64,000 nucleotides of DNA from a virus (lineage: Duplodnaviria; Heunggongvirae; Uroviricota; Caudoviricetes): IMG/VR virus record IMGVR_UViG_3300043418_000226. One strand, 5' to 3'. The notes beneath the pieces were generated by a model. That model had not been told where the DNA came from and searched no databases. It worked only from the letters and a program-made list of their open reading frames with translations. The position numbers and the translations under genes were made by a program. Below are positions 1-9,861 of the stretch, piece after piece (the stretch's first letter is position 1; every line of letters starts with the position of its first letter).

Positions 1-245
1 TGAGAACCAATAAAGATTTTACACAAGTGATTGTAATAAGGTCAAATACGGTTAGGGATAAGAATAAAATGGTTAGAACACGATTCCAACCAAAGAACAG
101 TAATGAAGTTGAAAATTGGTTATCTTTTAGACGTGAAGACGTTGAAACATACACATTAATCGACGGAACTTTTGTTTTAGAGCAAGTAGAAAAAACTAAC
201 ATATTAAAAAAATTATGTCGCAGACTAACCCATTTATTAAAGTAA
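1..245 (+). CDS. hypothetical protein, probably starting at or just before the window edge
   Basis: The frame of ORF 27..245 is open back to position 3 (xTG AGA ACC...); it overlaps the start of the next gene. Confidence 0.5.
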   Translation, partial: RTNKDFTQVIVIRSNTVRDKNKMVRTRFQPKNSNEVENWLSFRREDVETYTLIDGTFVLEQVEKTNILKKLCRRLTHLLK

Positions 246-2557
246 CGTGGCAAGACGTTCCTGAAAATTTTACACCTGAGAAAATCAGAAGAGTAAAGTC
301 ATACTTTCAAGAAAAATATAAATCTAAGAATGTACAAGTGATAACAAAAACATTATCACAAGTGCAAGACACGAGATTAAAATCATTGGAAGTATCGGAC
401 AATATCCTTGACCAAGAATACCAAAAAACATTAATGAAAGATTTCATCAAAGAAAATGAAATTAACATTAAGTGGGAACTTGTTGATAGATTAGACAGTA
501 AAGTAAATGCTCAGATTGACAAACTTAACGAAAATAAAGTTCGTTATAATAAGTGGTCAATTAAAAAAATTAGTTTCTCAAATTTTCTATCATTCGGTGA
601 AGATAACGTTATTGACTTCACTAATTTAGACGGTATTACCGTTGTTGAATCCACACCCAAAAACTTTGGAGGTAAATCAACATCAACGGTGGATCTTCTA
701 ATGTTCCTATTTTTCAATTCAACAACCAAAACTAAGACTAACTCTGAAATCTTTAACAGATTTACGGATAAAGATGAGGTTAGTGTTACTGGTGAGATTA
801 CAATTGACGGAGACGATTATGTAATTGAAAGAAAAACATTAAGAAAGAAATCAAAATCTGGTGACTATACTGTAACCAATAAATTGGAATTCTATAAAAA
901 GAAAGACGACGGTACAATTGAGAACTTATCCGGTGAACAAAGAAGAGAAACCGAAGCGTTTATCGCATCGGCAATTGGAACCCAAGAAGATTTCTTATCT
1001 ACCATATTAACCACCGGTTATAATTTGGAGGAATTAATCGAATCTAAACCAACCGCGCGTGGACAAATTTTAACAAAGTTTTTAGGTTTAGAAAGTTTAA
1101 AAGCCAAGGAAGAAACCGCAAAAGAAATTTACAATGATTGGAGTAGAAAACTAATCTCCAACACTTATAATACTTCTCAATTAACTTTAGATAACGAAAA
1201 ATACACAACAAGCATTAACGATTCAAATGAGACAATAAAAGAGTTGAACGTTGCATTATCGGATTTTGAAAAAGAATTGAAAAGATTGGAATCAAGAAGG
1301 GATGAAGTTTTATCCTCACGTAATAATGACGTTGATAAAGAATTAATCAATACCAATCCTACATTACTTGAAAGAGAAATTGCCGATTTAGAAAAACTAA
1401 AATTAGCAAGTAAAGTTCAGTCTAATGAGATTAAAGTTGTTGAACCTTCAAAATATTACGACGAAGAAGACCATGGACAACTTAAGACGGAAATGGGAGA
1501 ACATTCCGCAAATATATCTGCATCTAAATTTGTCATCAAAGAAAAAGAAAAATTAATTACTCAATTAGTGGAAGGGGTAAACTGCCCAACATGTCATAGA
1601 CCGTTAGACCAAGTTGACCACACTGATGAAATAAATTCTTTGAAGAAAGAGGTTGAAAATTTACAAACGGAAATCGATAAGGACGAAATCACTTTAGGTA
1701 AATTAAAAACAAAATCTGATGAATTCGATACCTTGAAAACAGAATTTGACGTTTACGAAAGAAACAAACTTCGTAAAGAAAGATACGAATTAGAGGTTGA
1801 ACAAAAACAATTAGATATTAATATTAAACAACTACGTTTAGATAGATACGAAGATAATAAAAAGAAACTTGAAGAAAATCAGAAGATTGATGCTGAGGTA
1901 ATGGCGTTGAGAACTAAGTTAGAAACCGTAAATGGTGACATTAGACAATCAACCACCAACATTGAAAAACATGTAGGGAACATTGCAAACATGAAAGAGA
2001 AGATTTCTATCAATGAAGATTTAATGAAGAAAATTAAATCGGAAGAAGAATTATTGGCCGTGTTTAAAATCTACCTTACAATTTACGGTAAAAATGGTAT
2101 CTCTAAAGTTATTCTTAAAAATATGGTTCCACTGATTAATCAGGAATTATATCGTTTATTAGTTGATAGTTGTCACTTTATTTTAGAGATGAATATTAAC
2201 GATAGAAACGAAGTTGAGTTCGTAATGATTGATACGGAAACGAGAGTAATAAAACCTTTAAATTCAGGTTCAGGTTACGAAAGAACGATATCGTCATTGG
2301 CACTTAGAAGTGTATTGACCAAGATTTCATCTTTACCAAAACCAAACATTGTTGTAATGGATGAGGTGTTTGGTAAAATTGCCGATGAAAATTTAGAAAT
2401 GGTTGGTGAATTTTTCAAAAAAATTAAGAATTACTTCGAACATATCTTCGTTATATCACATAATTCTTTAATACGTAACTGGTCGGATAACCTTTTTATG
2501 GTTAAAAAAGAAGAAAATGTATCATCTATCGATTATATTACCACAAAAATTTCTTAG
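215..2557 (+). CDS. sbcC: SbcC/Rad50/T4 gp46-like SMC-family recombination ATPase
   Basis: NFLSFG, Walker A-like NFGGKST, long coiled coil with CPTC zinc hook, signature-like SGYE, Walker B VVMDE, H-loop ISHN. Confidence 0.9.
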   Translation: MSQTNPFIKVTWQDVPENFTPEKIRRVKSYFQEKYKSKNVQVITKTLSQVQDTRLKSLEVSDNILDQEYQKTLMKDFIKENEINIKWELVDRLDSKVNAQIDKLNENKVRYNKWSIKKISFSNFLSFGEDNVIDFTNLDGITVVESTPKNFGGKSTSTVDLLMFLFFNSTTKTKTNSEIFNRFTDKDEVSVTGEITIDGDDYVIERKTLRKKSKSGDYTVTNKLEFYKKKDDGTIENLSGEQRRETEAFIASAIGTQEDFLSTILTTGYNLEELIESKPTARGQILTKFLGLESLKAKEETAKEIYNDWSRKLISNTYNTSQLTLDNEKYTTSINDSNETIKELNVALSDFEKELKRLESRRDEVLSSRNNDVDKELINTNPTLLEREIADLEKLKLASKVQSNEIKVVEPSKYYDEEDHGQLKTEMGEHSANISASKFVIKEKEKLITQLVEGVNCPTCHRPLDQVDHTDEINSLKKEVENLQTEIDKDEITLGKLKTKSDEFDTLKTEFDVYERNKLRKERYELEVEQKQLDINIKQLRLDRYEDNKKKLEENQKIDAEVMALRTKLETVNGDIRQSTTNIEKHVGNIANMKEKISINEDLMKKIKSEEELLAVFKIYLTIYGKNGISKVILKNMVPLINQELYRLLVDSCHFILEMNINDRNEVEFVMIDTETRVIKPLNSGSGYERTISSLALRSVLTKISSLPKPNIVVMDEVFGKIADENLEMVGEFFKKIKNYFEHIFVISHNSLIRNWSDNLFMVKKEENVSSIDYITTKIS

Positions 2558-2573
2558 TTTAAAAATAATCACA

Positions 2574-2581
2574 TATATTTG
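2574..2581 (+). promoter_or_regulatory. Bacteroidota-type -7 promoter element (TAnnTTTG) upstream of clpP
   Basis: TATATTTG lies 20 nt before the clpP ATG and matches the Bacteroidota primary-sigma consensus. Confidence 0.45.
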
Positions 2582-2601
2582 TACCATAAAATAAATTAAT
2601 T

Positions 2602-3273
2602 ATGACACCAAACGATTACAAAGGTTTCGGTCTTTTTGCTAAAGACCATGGTATTAGTTCGTTGAACTTAGATTACCACATGAAAAAAATTGAAAGTAGT
2701 ATGACACCATATGTTCTTGAAGAAAGACAAATGAATGTCACACAAATTGATGTGTTCTCTCGTTTAATGCTTGAAAGGATTATTTGGGTTGCCGGCGAAG
2801 TCAATGACCACATGTCTACCGTTGTTCAAGCTCAATTAATGTTCTTGGATAGTTTAGATAACAATGACATCACGATGCATATCGATAGTCCGGGCGGTTC
2901 AGTTAAGTCAGGACTTTCAATGGTTGATGTTATGGATTACATTAAATCAGATATTAGAACAATTAACACGGGTATGGCGGCATCGATGGGGTCTGTACTG
3001 TTAGGTGCGGGAACCAAAGGTAAACGAGGGTCTTTAAGATTCTCACGTACCATGTTACACCAATCAAGCGGTGGATTTAGAGGTAACATCCAAGACGCCA
3101 AAATCGACATGATTGAATGGGAGAAATTAAATAACACATTATTTGAACTTTTGGGTGATTATTGTGGTAAAACTGCGGAAACAGTTAAAAATGACGCATC
3201 GAGAGATTTATGGTTATCGTCAGACGACGCATTGGCGTATGGTATCATTGACGAAATAGTTAAGAAAAAATAA
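2602..3273 (+). CDS. clpP: ATP-dependent Clp protease proteolytic subunit
   Basis: DVFSRLMLERII, IDSPGGSV, GMAASMG (catalytic Ser), MLHQ (His), RDLWLS, YGIIDEI. Confidence 0.95.
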   Translation: MTPNDYKGFGLFAKDHGISSLNLDYHMKKIESSMTPYVLEERQMNVTQIDVFSRLMLERIIWVAGEVNDHMSTVVQAQLMFLDSLDNNDITMHIDSPGGSVKSGLSMVDVMDYIKSDIRTINTGMAASMGSVLLGAGTKGKRGSLRFSRTMLHQSSGGFRGNIQDAKIDMIEWEKLNNTLFELLGDYCGKTAETVKNDASRDLWLSSDDALAYGIIDEIVKKK

Positions 3274-3321
3274 GATTTGGTTGATTCTTGTTTGTCTTTA
3301 TATTTATAATAAAAACTAAAT

Positions 3322-3657
3322 ATGAAAACAAACAAGACTACAATCCTATTAGTTTTGATTGCTTGTTTAGCGGCGTATATTATTTTTCAGAACCAAGGTA
3401 TTAAAACTGACGTGGAAGGATATAATGCAAAAATCGATTCAATTCAACACGAAGTTGATTCGGTTTACACCGTAAACAAAGAAATAGACAATCAAATCGA
3501 AAAAGTTGATAATCGTATTATTAACGTCGATAAAGACGTTGAAAATGTGACTAAAAACATAACTATTATTAAAAACAGCACAGATGAAAAAGTTAATACT
3601 ATTACCACTATTGGTAATGTTGAGCTTGAGCAGTTATTCTCAAACAGATACAACTAA
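3322..3657 (+). CDS. N-terminal TM plus coiled-coil protein (inner-membrane spanin-like)
   Basis: Hydrophobic N-terminus followed by a heptad-like coiled coil; overlaps the next ORF. Confidence 0.55.
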   Translation: MKTNKTTILLVLIACLAAYIIFQNQGIKTDVEGYNAKIDSIQHEVDSVYTVNKEIDNQIEKVDNRIINVDKDVENVTKNITIIKNSTDEKVNTITTIGNVELEQLFSNRYN

Positions 3658-4000
3658 ACAGGACACAACTAAGGTAATATTACCAACAAGGGTGGCTAGA
3701 TTAGCTTTCCAAGATTTACTTCGTTATGACGGCACAAAATTGGAGATTGTTGAGTTGAATAAAGTTATTGGATTAAAAGACCAACAAATTACTTTATACA
3801 AAGAAAAAGACACTCTTAAAACCCAAAAAATTGGTAATTTAGAGTTAATCATTACAAAAAAAGACCAACAATTTGATTTAGAAAGAGAGAAATCGGAAAG
3901 TTTATTAAAAGAACTTAAATCTCAAAGAATGAAAACATTTCTTTATAAAATTGGTTCATTCGTTGCGGTGATATCGACATCTTTATTATTATTAAAGTAA
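3584..4000 (+). CDS. secreted coiled-coil protein with C-terminal hydrophobic anchor (possible spanin partner)
   Basis: Signal peptide MKKLILLPLLVMLSLSSYS|Q, coiled coil, hydrophobic C-terminus. Confidence 0.55.
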   Translation: MKKLILLPLLVMLSLSSYSQTDTTKQDTTKVILPTRVARLAFQDLLRYDGTKLEIVELNKVIGLKDQQITLYKEKDTLKTQKIGNLELIITKKDQQFDLEREKSESLLKELKSQRMKTFLYKIGSFVAVISTSLLLLK

Positions 4001-4636
4001 ATGAAAAAATATCTTGATATTCGTAATGTCGTTATATTAATATTATTGGTAATTGCCCTTTTGGAGTTTGTTAACCCAAAAGGGTTAATACCAAACAGAA
4101 CAGTATACGTTCCAAAAATTGACTCAATACCATATGCCGTACATGATACCATTCCGGTTGATAGTTTAGTAGAAGTTGAAGTTCCGATAGAAGTTGAGGT
4201 CCCTTATGAAGTTAAAGTACCCACATATATTGCTGTTGACACAAATAACATTTTGAAAATGTATTATGTTAAAATACCATATAAAGATGTTTTAACGTTA
4301 CCTAATAACCTCGGGACAGTTTCAATAACTGATACAATATCACAAAATAAGGTTACCAATAGAAAATTTGTTAGTAACATCAAACAAAAAATAGTTAGAG
4401 ACACAATATATCAAAAAGAACCATTTAAAACACAATTTTTTTATGGATTTGATGGTGGATTTAATAAAGATAACGTCGTTTCCCATCTTGGATTGGGTAT
4501 GATTCTTAAAACAAAAGACGACAAGTTATTCCATTTAGGTATCGGTGTTGCAAATAGATTAATTGACAACACAAATGGAACATTTATTCCATATCTTAAT
4601 GGAGGTGTTTATTGGAAAATTGGAAAAAAGAAATAG
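4001..4636 (+). CDS. membrane-anchored protein with C-terminal amphipathic beta-strands
   Basis: N-terminal TM, VEVEVP repeats, terminal YLNGGVYWKI strand. Confidence 0.6.
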   Translation: MKKYLDIRNVVILILLVIALLEFVNPKGLIPNRTVYVPKIDSIPYAVHDTIPVDSLVEVEVPIEVEVPYEVKVPTYIAVDTNNILKMYYVKIPYKDVLTLPNNLGTVSITDTISQNKVTNRKFVSNIKQKIVRDTIYQKEPFKTQFFYGFDGGFNKDNVVSHLGLGMILKTKDDKLFHLGIGVANRLIDNTNGTFIPYLNGGVYWKIGKKK

Positions 4637-4662
4637 TTTTAACCCTTTACTAGCGTTCTAGT

Positions 4663-5106
4663 ATGAAAACATTTATATTATTTTTATTCGGTATGTTTGA
4701 AGACCATGAAGACATTGAGTTCTTCTGTACTGAAATATTAGGTGATACCCCATCTATCAATAAGGTTAGGTACGTGATTGAAAATTCACAAAACGTAATT
4801 GTAATTTTCGATTCCGAAGAAGACCATAAAACCCTATCAACTGAACTTTTTTCAGTATTATCAGATGACAATATCAAGTTTTACTTTATATTCGATCGAG
4901 ATAGTTTAGTAACCGCACACCTACCAAAGGAAGTGAGAGATTTTATTTTTAAACCAGCAACTAAAGATAAAATTCTAAGTATTGAATATCAAAAAACAGA
5001 CAATCCAATATTGGATTTAGACCAACTTTTAGAAAAAATCAAAAAAAAGGGAATAGATAGTCTTACCCCCGAAGAAAAAAACTTCTTAGATAATTTTGAT
5101 TATTAA
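4663..5106 (+). CDS. hypothetical protein with DUF6576-like C-terminal motif
   Basis: Ends in LDQLLEKIKKKGIDSLTPEEKNFL. Confidence 0.6.
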   Translation: MKTFILFLFGMFEDHEDIEFFCTEILGDTPSINKVRYVIENSQNVIVIFDSEEDHKTLSTELFSVLSDDNIKFYFIFDRDSLVTAHLPKEVRDFIFKPATKDKILSIEYQKTDNPILDLDQLLEKIKKKGIDSLTPEEKNFLDNFDY

Positions 5107-5163
5107 GAATATTTTACTTATCTTTACCAAACAAGTCCGATTATATAATATATAAATTACACC

Positions 5164-5976
5164 ATGAAGAAATCCGTTATTATTAACACCGAGGAAATTA
5201 ACCAATACATTAAGGATATTCGTAAGATTCCGGTGATTACACACGAGAGACAAGAGGAAATTTTTATTCTATTAAAGAATAAAAAAATCACCAAAGAGGA
5301 AAAGAAAAAACTATTCGACGAATTAGTGGTTGGTAACTTAAGATTTGTTATTTCGGTTGCTAAAATGTACCAAAATCAAGGTATGGACTTACTTGATTTA
5401 GTATCCGAAGGAAATATTGGACTTATGAAAGCGGCGGAAAGATTTGACCCATCGAGTGGTTTTAAATTCATATCATATGCGGTGTGGTGGGTAAAACAAT
5501 CGATGATTGCTTCATTAAATGAAAATGCAAGAACGATACGTATCCCATCTAATTTGGTTCAAGAGTTACAAAAACAAAGGAAAACAGAGGTTAGTCCCGA
5601 GGATAATTTTTATCTAACTCAAAGTAACGATGAAAGTAATGTGAATAATTTACCGTACTGTGTCGGTTTATATAAACAAATCAATGAGGATGGGGACCAA
5701 TTAATTGATTTAATACCAAATAAAAATGCGGATAACCCCGAAGACATCTTCAACACACCAGAAGAAATAAAAAAGAAAGTGAATTCAATGTTAAGTATCT
5801 TAGATGACAGAGAAAAAGTTATCATTGAAAGATATTATGGATTGTCGGGTGTTGAATCAAACCTTGACGATTTAGGTGAGGAATTTGGTTGTACAAAAGA
5901 AAGAATAAGACAACTTAGAGATAAAGCAATAAAGAAATTAAGAAACGAAAGTTTCGGATTACTAAATTACCTATAA
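5164..5976 (+). CDS. RNA polymerase sigma-70 family factor (short RpoD/SigA-like)
   Basis: Region 2 NLRFVISVAK..DLVSEGNIGLMKAAERFD..GFKFISYAVWW; region 4 HTH LGEEFGCTKERIRQL. Confidence 0.93.
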   Translation: MKKSVIINTEEINQYIKDIRKIPVITHERQEEIFILLKNKKITKEEKKKLFDELVVGNLRFVISVAKMYQNQGMDLLDLVSEGNIGLMKAAERFDPSSGFKFISYAVWWVKQSMIASLNENARTIRIPSNLVQELQKQRKTEVSPEDNFYLTQSNDESNVNNLPYCVGLYKQINEDGDQLIDLIPNKNADNPEDIFNTPEEIKKKVNSMLSILDDREKVIIERYYGLSGVESNLDDLGEEFGCTKERIRQLRDKAIKKLRNESFGLLNYL

Positions 5977-5988
5977 AACAAAAAAATT

Positions 5989-6270
5989 ATGAAAAAATTT
6001 ATTCAAACTAACTTTACTAATATTGTGTTGACAATTGCGGTACTTGGACTTTTAAAAAGTTGTGGGGATGGGAGAGAATTAACTAAAATCAGAAAAGAAA
6101 TTACTGAATTGAAGGATTCAACCTACAGTAAAAAACAACTTGACATTAGATTACAAGTAGAGGGTTTAAAATCTGAAAAAAGAATGATACAATCTTCAGA
6201 TAGAAAAATTCTTGACGTTAATAGACAAACTCAGATTGACGAAGAAATTAAAAGATTAGAATCAAAATAA
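5989..6270 (+). CDS. small membrane/lipoprotein-like coiled-coil protein
   Basis: Hydrophobic N-terminus ending LLKSC, then a coiled coil. Confidence 0.6.
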   Translation: MKKFIQTNFTNIVLTIAVLGLLKSCGDGRELTKIRKEITELKDSTYSKKQLDIRLQVEGLKSEKRMIQSSDRKILDVNRQTQIDEEIKRLESK

Positions 6271-6277
6271 AATATAG

Positions 6278-7288
6278 ATGAAACATTGGATTAATAAAAA
6301 TTACAAAACACTAATTGTGGCTGCGTTCTTGATTCCTATCATGACCGTTGCTGTAGTGTCGATTTCTCACGTTACTAAATGGTATGGTATATCGAATCCC
6401 ATGTCATGGTCGATTTATTTATCGGTAGGTATTGAAATTGCCGCATTGTCGGCATTAGCGGCAATATCTGCAAACATGGGTAAGAAAGTTTATTTTCCAT
6501 TTGCGGTTGTAACTATAGTACAATTTATTGGTAATATTTTCTTTGCCTATTCATATATTGACATTAACGCAAAATCATTTAAAGATTGGGTTGAATTAGT
6601 TTCTCCGATATTGGAAATTTTTGGAGTTGACCCTACCGACCCTATCGGACATAAAAGATTCTTAGCGTTTTTTGCTGGAGGTATGTTACCAATCATTTCA
6701 TTATCTTTCTTACATATGTTAGTAAAATTTACTGAAGAAGATAGAAAAAGTGAAATCATACATGACATCGATGACAAACTAAACAATAAAGTAGAAGCTT
6801 CTGAAATCATTAGTGAAGTTTCTCGTTTAAGATTATCCGATGAGGATTTAGAAATACTGTCCAAACATTTGGAAAACCCATTACCACCTAATGAGCATTT
6901 AAAAACTGCAGCTAAAAAGTATCAAGAAAAAAATAAATCAGAAGAAATAATCACACCAACACCACAAGTAATCGAGGATACTGTAAGTGAAGAAATCTAT
7001 CCAAGTTTATCTGATGAGGAGATTATGGAAATGAATCAACAGGAATATGAAAGAACTCTTGAAGTACCTGAAGATGAATTTGATGGATTTTTACCTGAAC
7101 CATTTGCAACACCCGAAGAGGTGGAAAAATACAACATTGATGAAATTGCAAAAGTTGAATCAACTGAAAACGATGAACCTATTTATCAATCTGAAACAAA
7201 AGAAATTGATGAAATTATCAATGTTGTTGACACAGCAATAGATGAGAACGAACCAACTAAAGAAGAGGAGGAAGAAAAAAAAAAGTAG
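6278..7288 (+). CDS. multi-pass membrane protein with acidic C-terminal tail; may extend to 7575 by -1 frameshift
   Basis: About four hydrophobic segments in the first 150 aa; ends at an A10 run (A_AAA_AAG TAG). Confidence 0.75.
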   Translation: MKHWINKNYKTLIVAAFLIPIMTVAVVSISHVTKWYGISNPMSWSIYLSVGIEIAALSALAAISANMGKKVYFPFAVVTIVQFIGNIFFAYSYIDINAKSFKDWVELVSPILEIFGVDPTDPIGHKRFLAFFAGGMLPIISLSFLHMLVKFTEEDRKSEIIHDIDDKLNNKVEASEIISEVSRLRLSDEDLEILSKHLENPLPPNEHLKTAAKKYQEKNKSEEIITPTPQVIEDTVSEEIYPSLSDEEIMEMNQQEYERTLEVPEDEFDGFLPEPFATPEEVEKYNIDEIAKVESTENDEPIYQSETKEIDEIINVVDTAIDENEPTKEEEEEKKK

Positions 7289-7365
7289 AAGACGAATATA
7301 ATTTTTCTAATGTAGGTACACATGTTCCGGTTTTTTATAAATTTGGTCCTGGTGTACCTACAGTC

Positions 7366-7575
7366 ATGCCTGACCCCACCCCATCTCCCGAAGTTGACGA
7401 TTTATATTGGGAAAAAGATGATGTTAACCCAAATCATTTAATTTATGATTTAGAAAACGACAAAACAATTATCCCACAGTCAGAAGACGAAATGACCATA
7501 ACACCGACAAATAATTTCGGTCCACAAATTAAAGTGAGAAATGTTAGCGATACACAATATAGAAACAATCGATAG
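7366..7575 (+). CDS. acidic ORF, probably the frameshifted C-terminal extension of 6278..7288
   Basis: Its frame is the -1 frame of the upstream gene and is open from 7261; composition is similarly acidic and Pro-rich. Confidence 0.5.
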   Translation: MPDPTPSPEVDDLYWEKDDVNPNHLIYDLENDKTIIPQSEDEMTITPTNNFGPQIKVRNVSDTQYRNNR

Positions 7576-8158
7576 TCAGAAGTTAAACGTTAGTAAGAGA
7601 AAAACTAAAAAAACTCAAATATTACTTTTTGATACTCAAAGAAGGGTAGATGATTATGTGAACAAAATAAAACACCGTAGAAACGGTAATTATGATGATG
7701 TTCCCCATTTCATAGTTAGTAAATTAGGTATGGTTTATCAATTGTTCGATACAAACCACAACTCAAATACGTTTAATGACCCCAAAATTGACAATAGAAT
7801 GATTAAAATTGCAATTGAGAACTTAGGGTGGTTAAATAAGAATACTATCACTGGTGTCCTTAATAATTGGATTGGTGACCCATATAGGTCTGAACCACAC
7901 ATAAAAAATTGGAGAGGTTATTATTTTTGGGACAAATACAATGAAGATCAACTAAATGTATTGTCTAAATTATGTGATAAACTCTGTACGGACCATAATA
8001 TATTCAAACAAACGGTCCCATCTCAAGGATATATTGAAAAGATATCAAATTTCAAGGGGATTGTATGTAAATCCAACTTTTCAAGTATTTATACAGATAT
8101 AAACCCTTCATTCAATTTTAGGGTATTCTTTAATAATCAAAATGAAAGCGAAAACTGA
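7541..8158 (+). CDS. N-acetylmuramoyl-L-alanine amidase (Amidase_2)-like protein with degenerate Zn ligands
   Basis: PHFIVSKLGMVYQL, IAIENLG, YNEDQLNVL, DINPSF; the expected His ligands appear replaced. Confidence 0.7.
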   Translation: MLAIHNIETIDSQKLNVSKRKTKKTQILLFDTQRRVDDYVNKIKHRRNGNYDDVPHFIVSKLGMVYQLFDTNHNSNTFNDPKIDNRMIKIAIENLGWLNKNTITGVLNNWIGDPYRSEPHIKNWRGYYFWDKYNEDQLNVLSKLCDKLCTDHNIFKQTVPSQGYIEKISNFKGIVCKSNFSSIYTDINPSFNFRVFFNNQNESEN

Positions 8159-8660
8159 CTACGACGTAACCAAAAACATGTTAAAAACCATTAGAACTTT
8201 AACAGAGTCTAAATTATCTAATAAAACAATCACCGAACAATCGGAACCGATTACACCATTAATTGATAAAACCGATGAAGAAGAAAACGATAACATCACA
8301 GTAATCAACGATGTTGATGTTAAGTTAGTTTCAAAAGATGAAGCCGACATGATATTATCTGATCAACAAAAAGCTGGTATATCACAAATGATTGACGGGT
8401 TTAGACAACAGGTATCACAAATTGTAGACTTCCGTCCTGGATTCACATTAACACAAGGCCAAATTAGATTAGATGGGTCAATTACTGACTTAGATATTGA
8501 TTTTGTGTTTATTGCGGGTGAAGAGAGTGGGGTTTATATTAATGCTGACATGTTAAAATTAGAACAAGACACAGCTACTATGTTGGAAAAGTTAGCTAAA
8601 TTCGAGGAAACTTATAAAACAGCAATGGAACCATTGATAACATATAGAACAAACAACTAA
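8142..8660 (+). CDS. hypothetical protein (possible virion head protein)
   Basis: ORF track; upstream TATTTATA; LTES/ITEQ motifs. Confidence 0.65.
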   Translation: MKAKTDYDVTKNMLKTIRTLTESKLSNKTITEQSEPITPLIDKTDEEENDNITVINDVDVKLVSKDEADMILSDQQKAGISQMIDGFRQQVSQIVDFRPGFTLTQGQIRLDGSITDLDIDFVFIAGEESGVYINADMLKLEQDTATMLEKLAKFEETYKTAMEPLITYRTNN

Positions 8661-8662
8661 TA

Positions 8663-8902
8663 ATGGCACTAACTGACCAAGATAAAAGAGAAATTGAAAG
8701 AATCACCAAAAAAGAAATTAAAGACTTTATGGATTCTACCCAAGCACATAGAATTGTTGTTAAAACAATTCAGGATGAGTTAGGCACAAGAAAAATTGAC
8801 GATAAAATCGTCGACTTATCAACTAAAGTTGTGGTTGAATTATTTAAAACCCTTTGGCAAAGGAAGTCATTTTGGGAAAGTTCTTTAAAATCGGTTAAAT
8901 AA
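8663..8902 (+). CDS. hypothetical protein
   Basis: Tightly packed 79-aa ORF with TAATG coupling to the next gene. Confidence 0.65.
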   Translation: MALTDQDKREIERITKKEIKDFMDSTQAHRIVVKTIQDELGTRKIDDKIVDLSTKVVVELFKTLWQRKSFWESSLKSVK

Positions 8903-9861
8903 TGGAAAATTTTAGACCAAATATTGAAGATGAAATTGATGAAATACAAAGAACCTCACAAGATTTAAGTAGAGACGAGGGTATTAATGTGTCAGTATCG
9001 GATATTGTGGAAGCCTTTAACGAATCGGAAGAAGAAACGTTAAAACATTCGATTTGGTCCAAATTAGAAAATACCGAATCAAATAAAATAAAAAAAGGAG
9101 ATATTGAGGCGGTTAATAAAATAGCCGAAATGTATCATAAAACTAATCCTAAAATTTTAGTTAGGTCAATAAAAAGTGGGGATTATGATAGACCTTTAAT
9201 ATTAAATTTAAATAATAGATATATTTTAGTTGCCGGTAATACAAGATTATGTACATCGGCGGCACTTGGAGTGTTACCTAAAGTTTTTATTGGTAAAATT
9301 GTTAATATGACAAAGAAAGATTTAGAAGAAATGGTTATGAAAAATAACACATCATGTTGTAAAGGTAAGGAAACTGAAACCACTGAGCAAACCACAGCTG
9401 GGGATGCAGGCTCATTTGAGGGACCAGTATTCAGTGACGTTATTAAAAGACCAATTTCAAAAATACATAACTCAACGATTAAGGAAGAAGAAGAGGTAGA
9501 TGAAGCAACTGACGCAAGTTCGTCGGGTTCATTCGATGTACCTTTATTTGGTAAAACCACAAAAGGAGGTCGTAGAGACCCGTTAAAAATTGATGGTCCG
9601 AGTAGTATATCACAAAGTAGAGCGGTTAAAGATAAAAAATTCCCAAAATGGGGAGGACCAAAAGGTGTTTACATTAAAGTAAAAGAAAAATGTAAAAAAT
9701 TCCCATATTGTAATCAAGGAGATATAAATGCAATTGAATTACTTGAAATAGAGGGTTTAAAAGAAACAATTATCGAATCATCTAAAAAATATGGTATACC
9801 ATATAAAGAAATCGAAAAAATTGTATTAAATGATATAAAAGAGATATTTATTGAGATATGA
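8902..9861 (+). CDS. hypothetical protein with ParB/Srx-like N-terminal motif and low-complexity C-terminal half
   Basis: RPLIL...YILVAGNTRL resembles the ParB GxxR box; duplicated GSF(E/D)xP(V/L)F motif. Confidence 0.6.
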   Translation: MENFRPNIEDEIDEIQRTSQDLSRDEGINVSVSDIVEAFNESEEETLKHSIWSKLENTESNKIKKGDIEAVNKIAEMYHKTNPKILVRSIKSGDYDRPLILNLNNRYILVAGNTRLCTSAALGVLPKVFIGKIVNMTKKDLEEMVMKNNTSCCKGKETETTEQTTAGDAGSFEGPVFSDVIKRPISKIHNSTIKEEEEVDEATDASSSGSFDVPLFGKTTKGGRRDPLKIDGPSSISQSRAVKDKKFPKWGGPKGVYIKVKEKCKKFPYCNQGDINAIELLEIEGLKETIIESSKKYGIPYKEIEKIVLNDIKEIFIEI

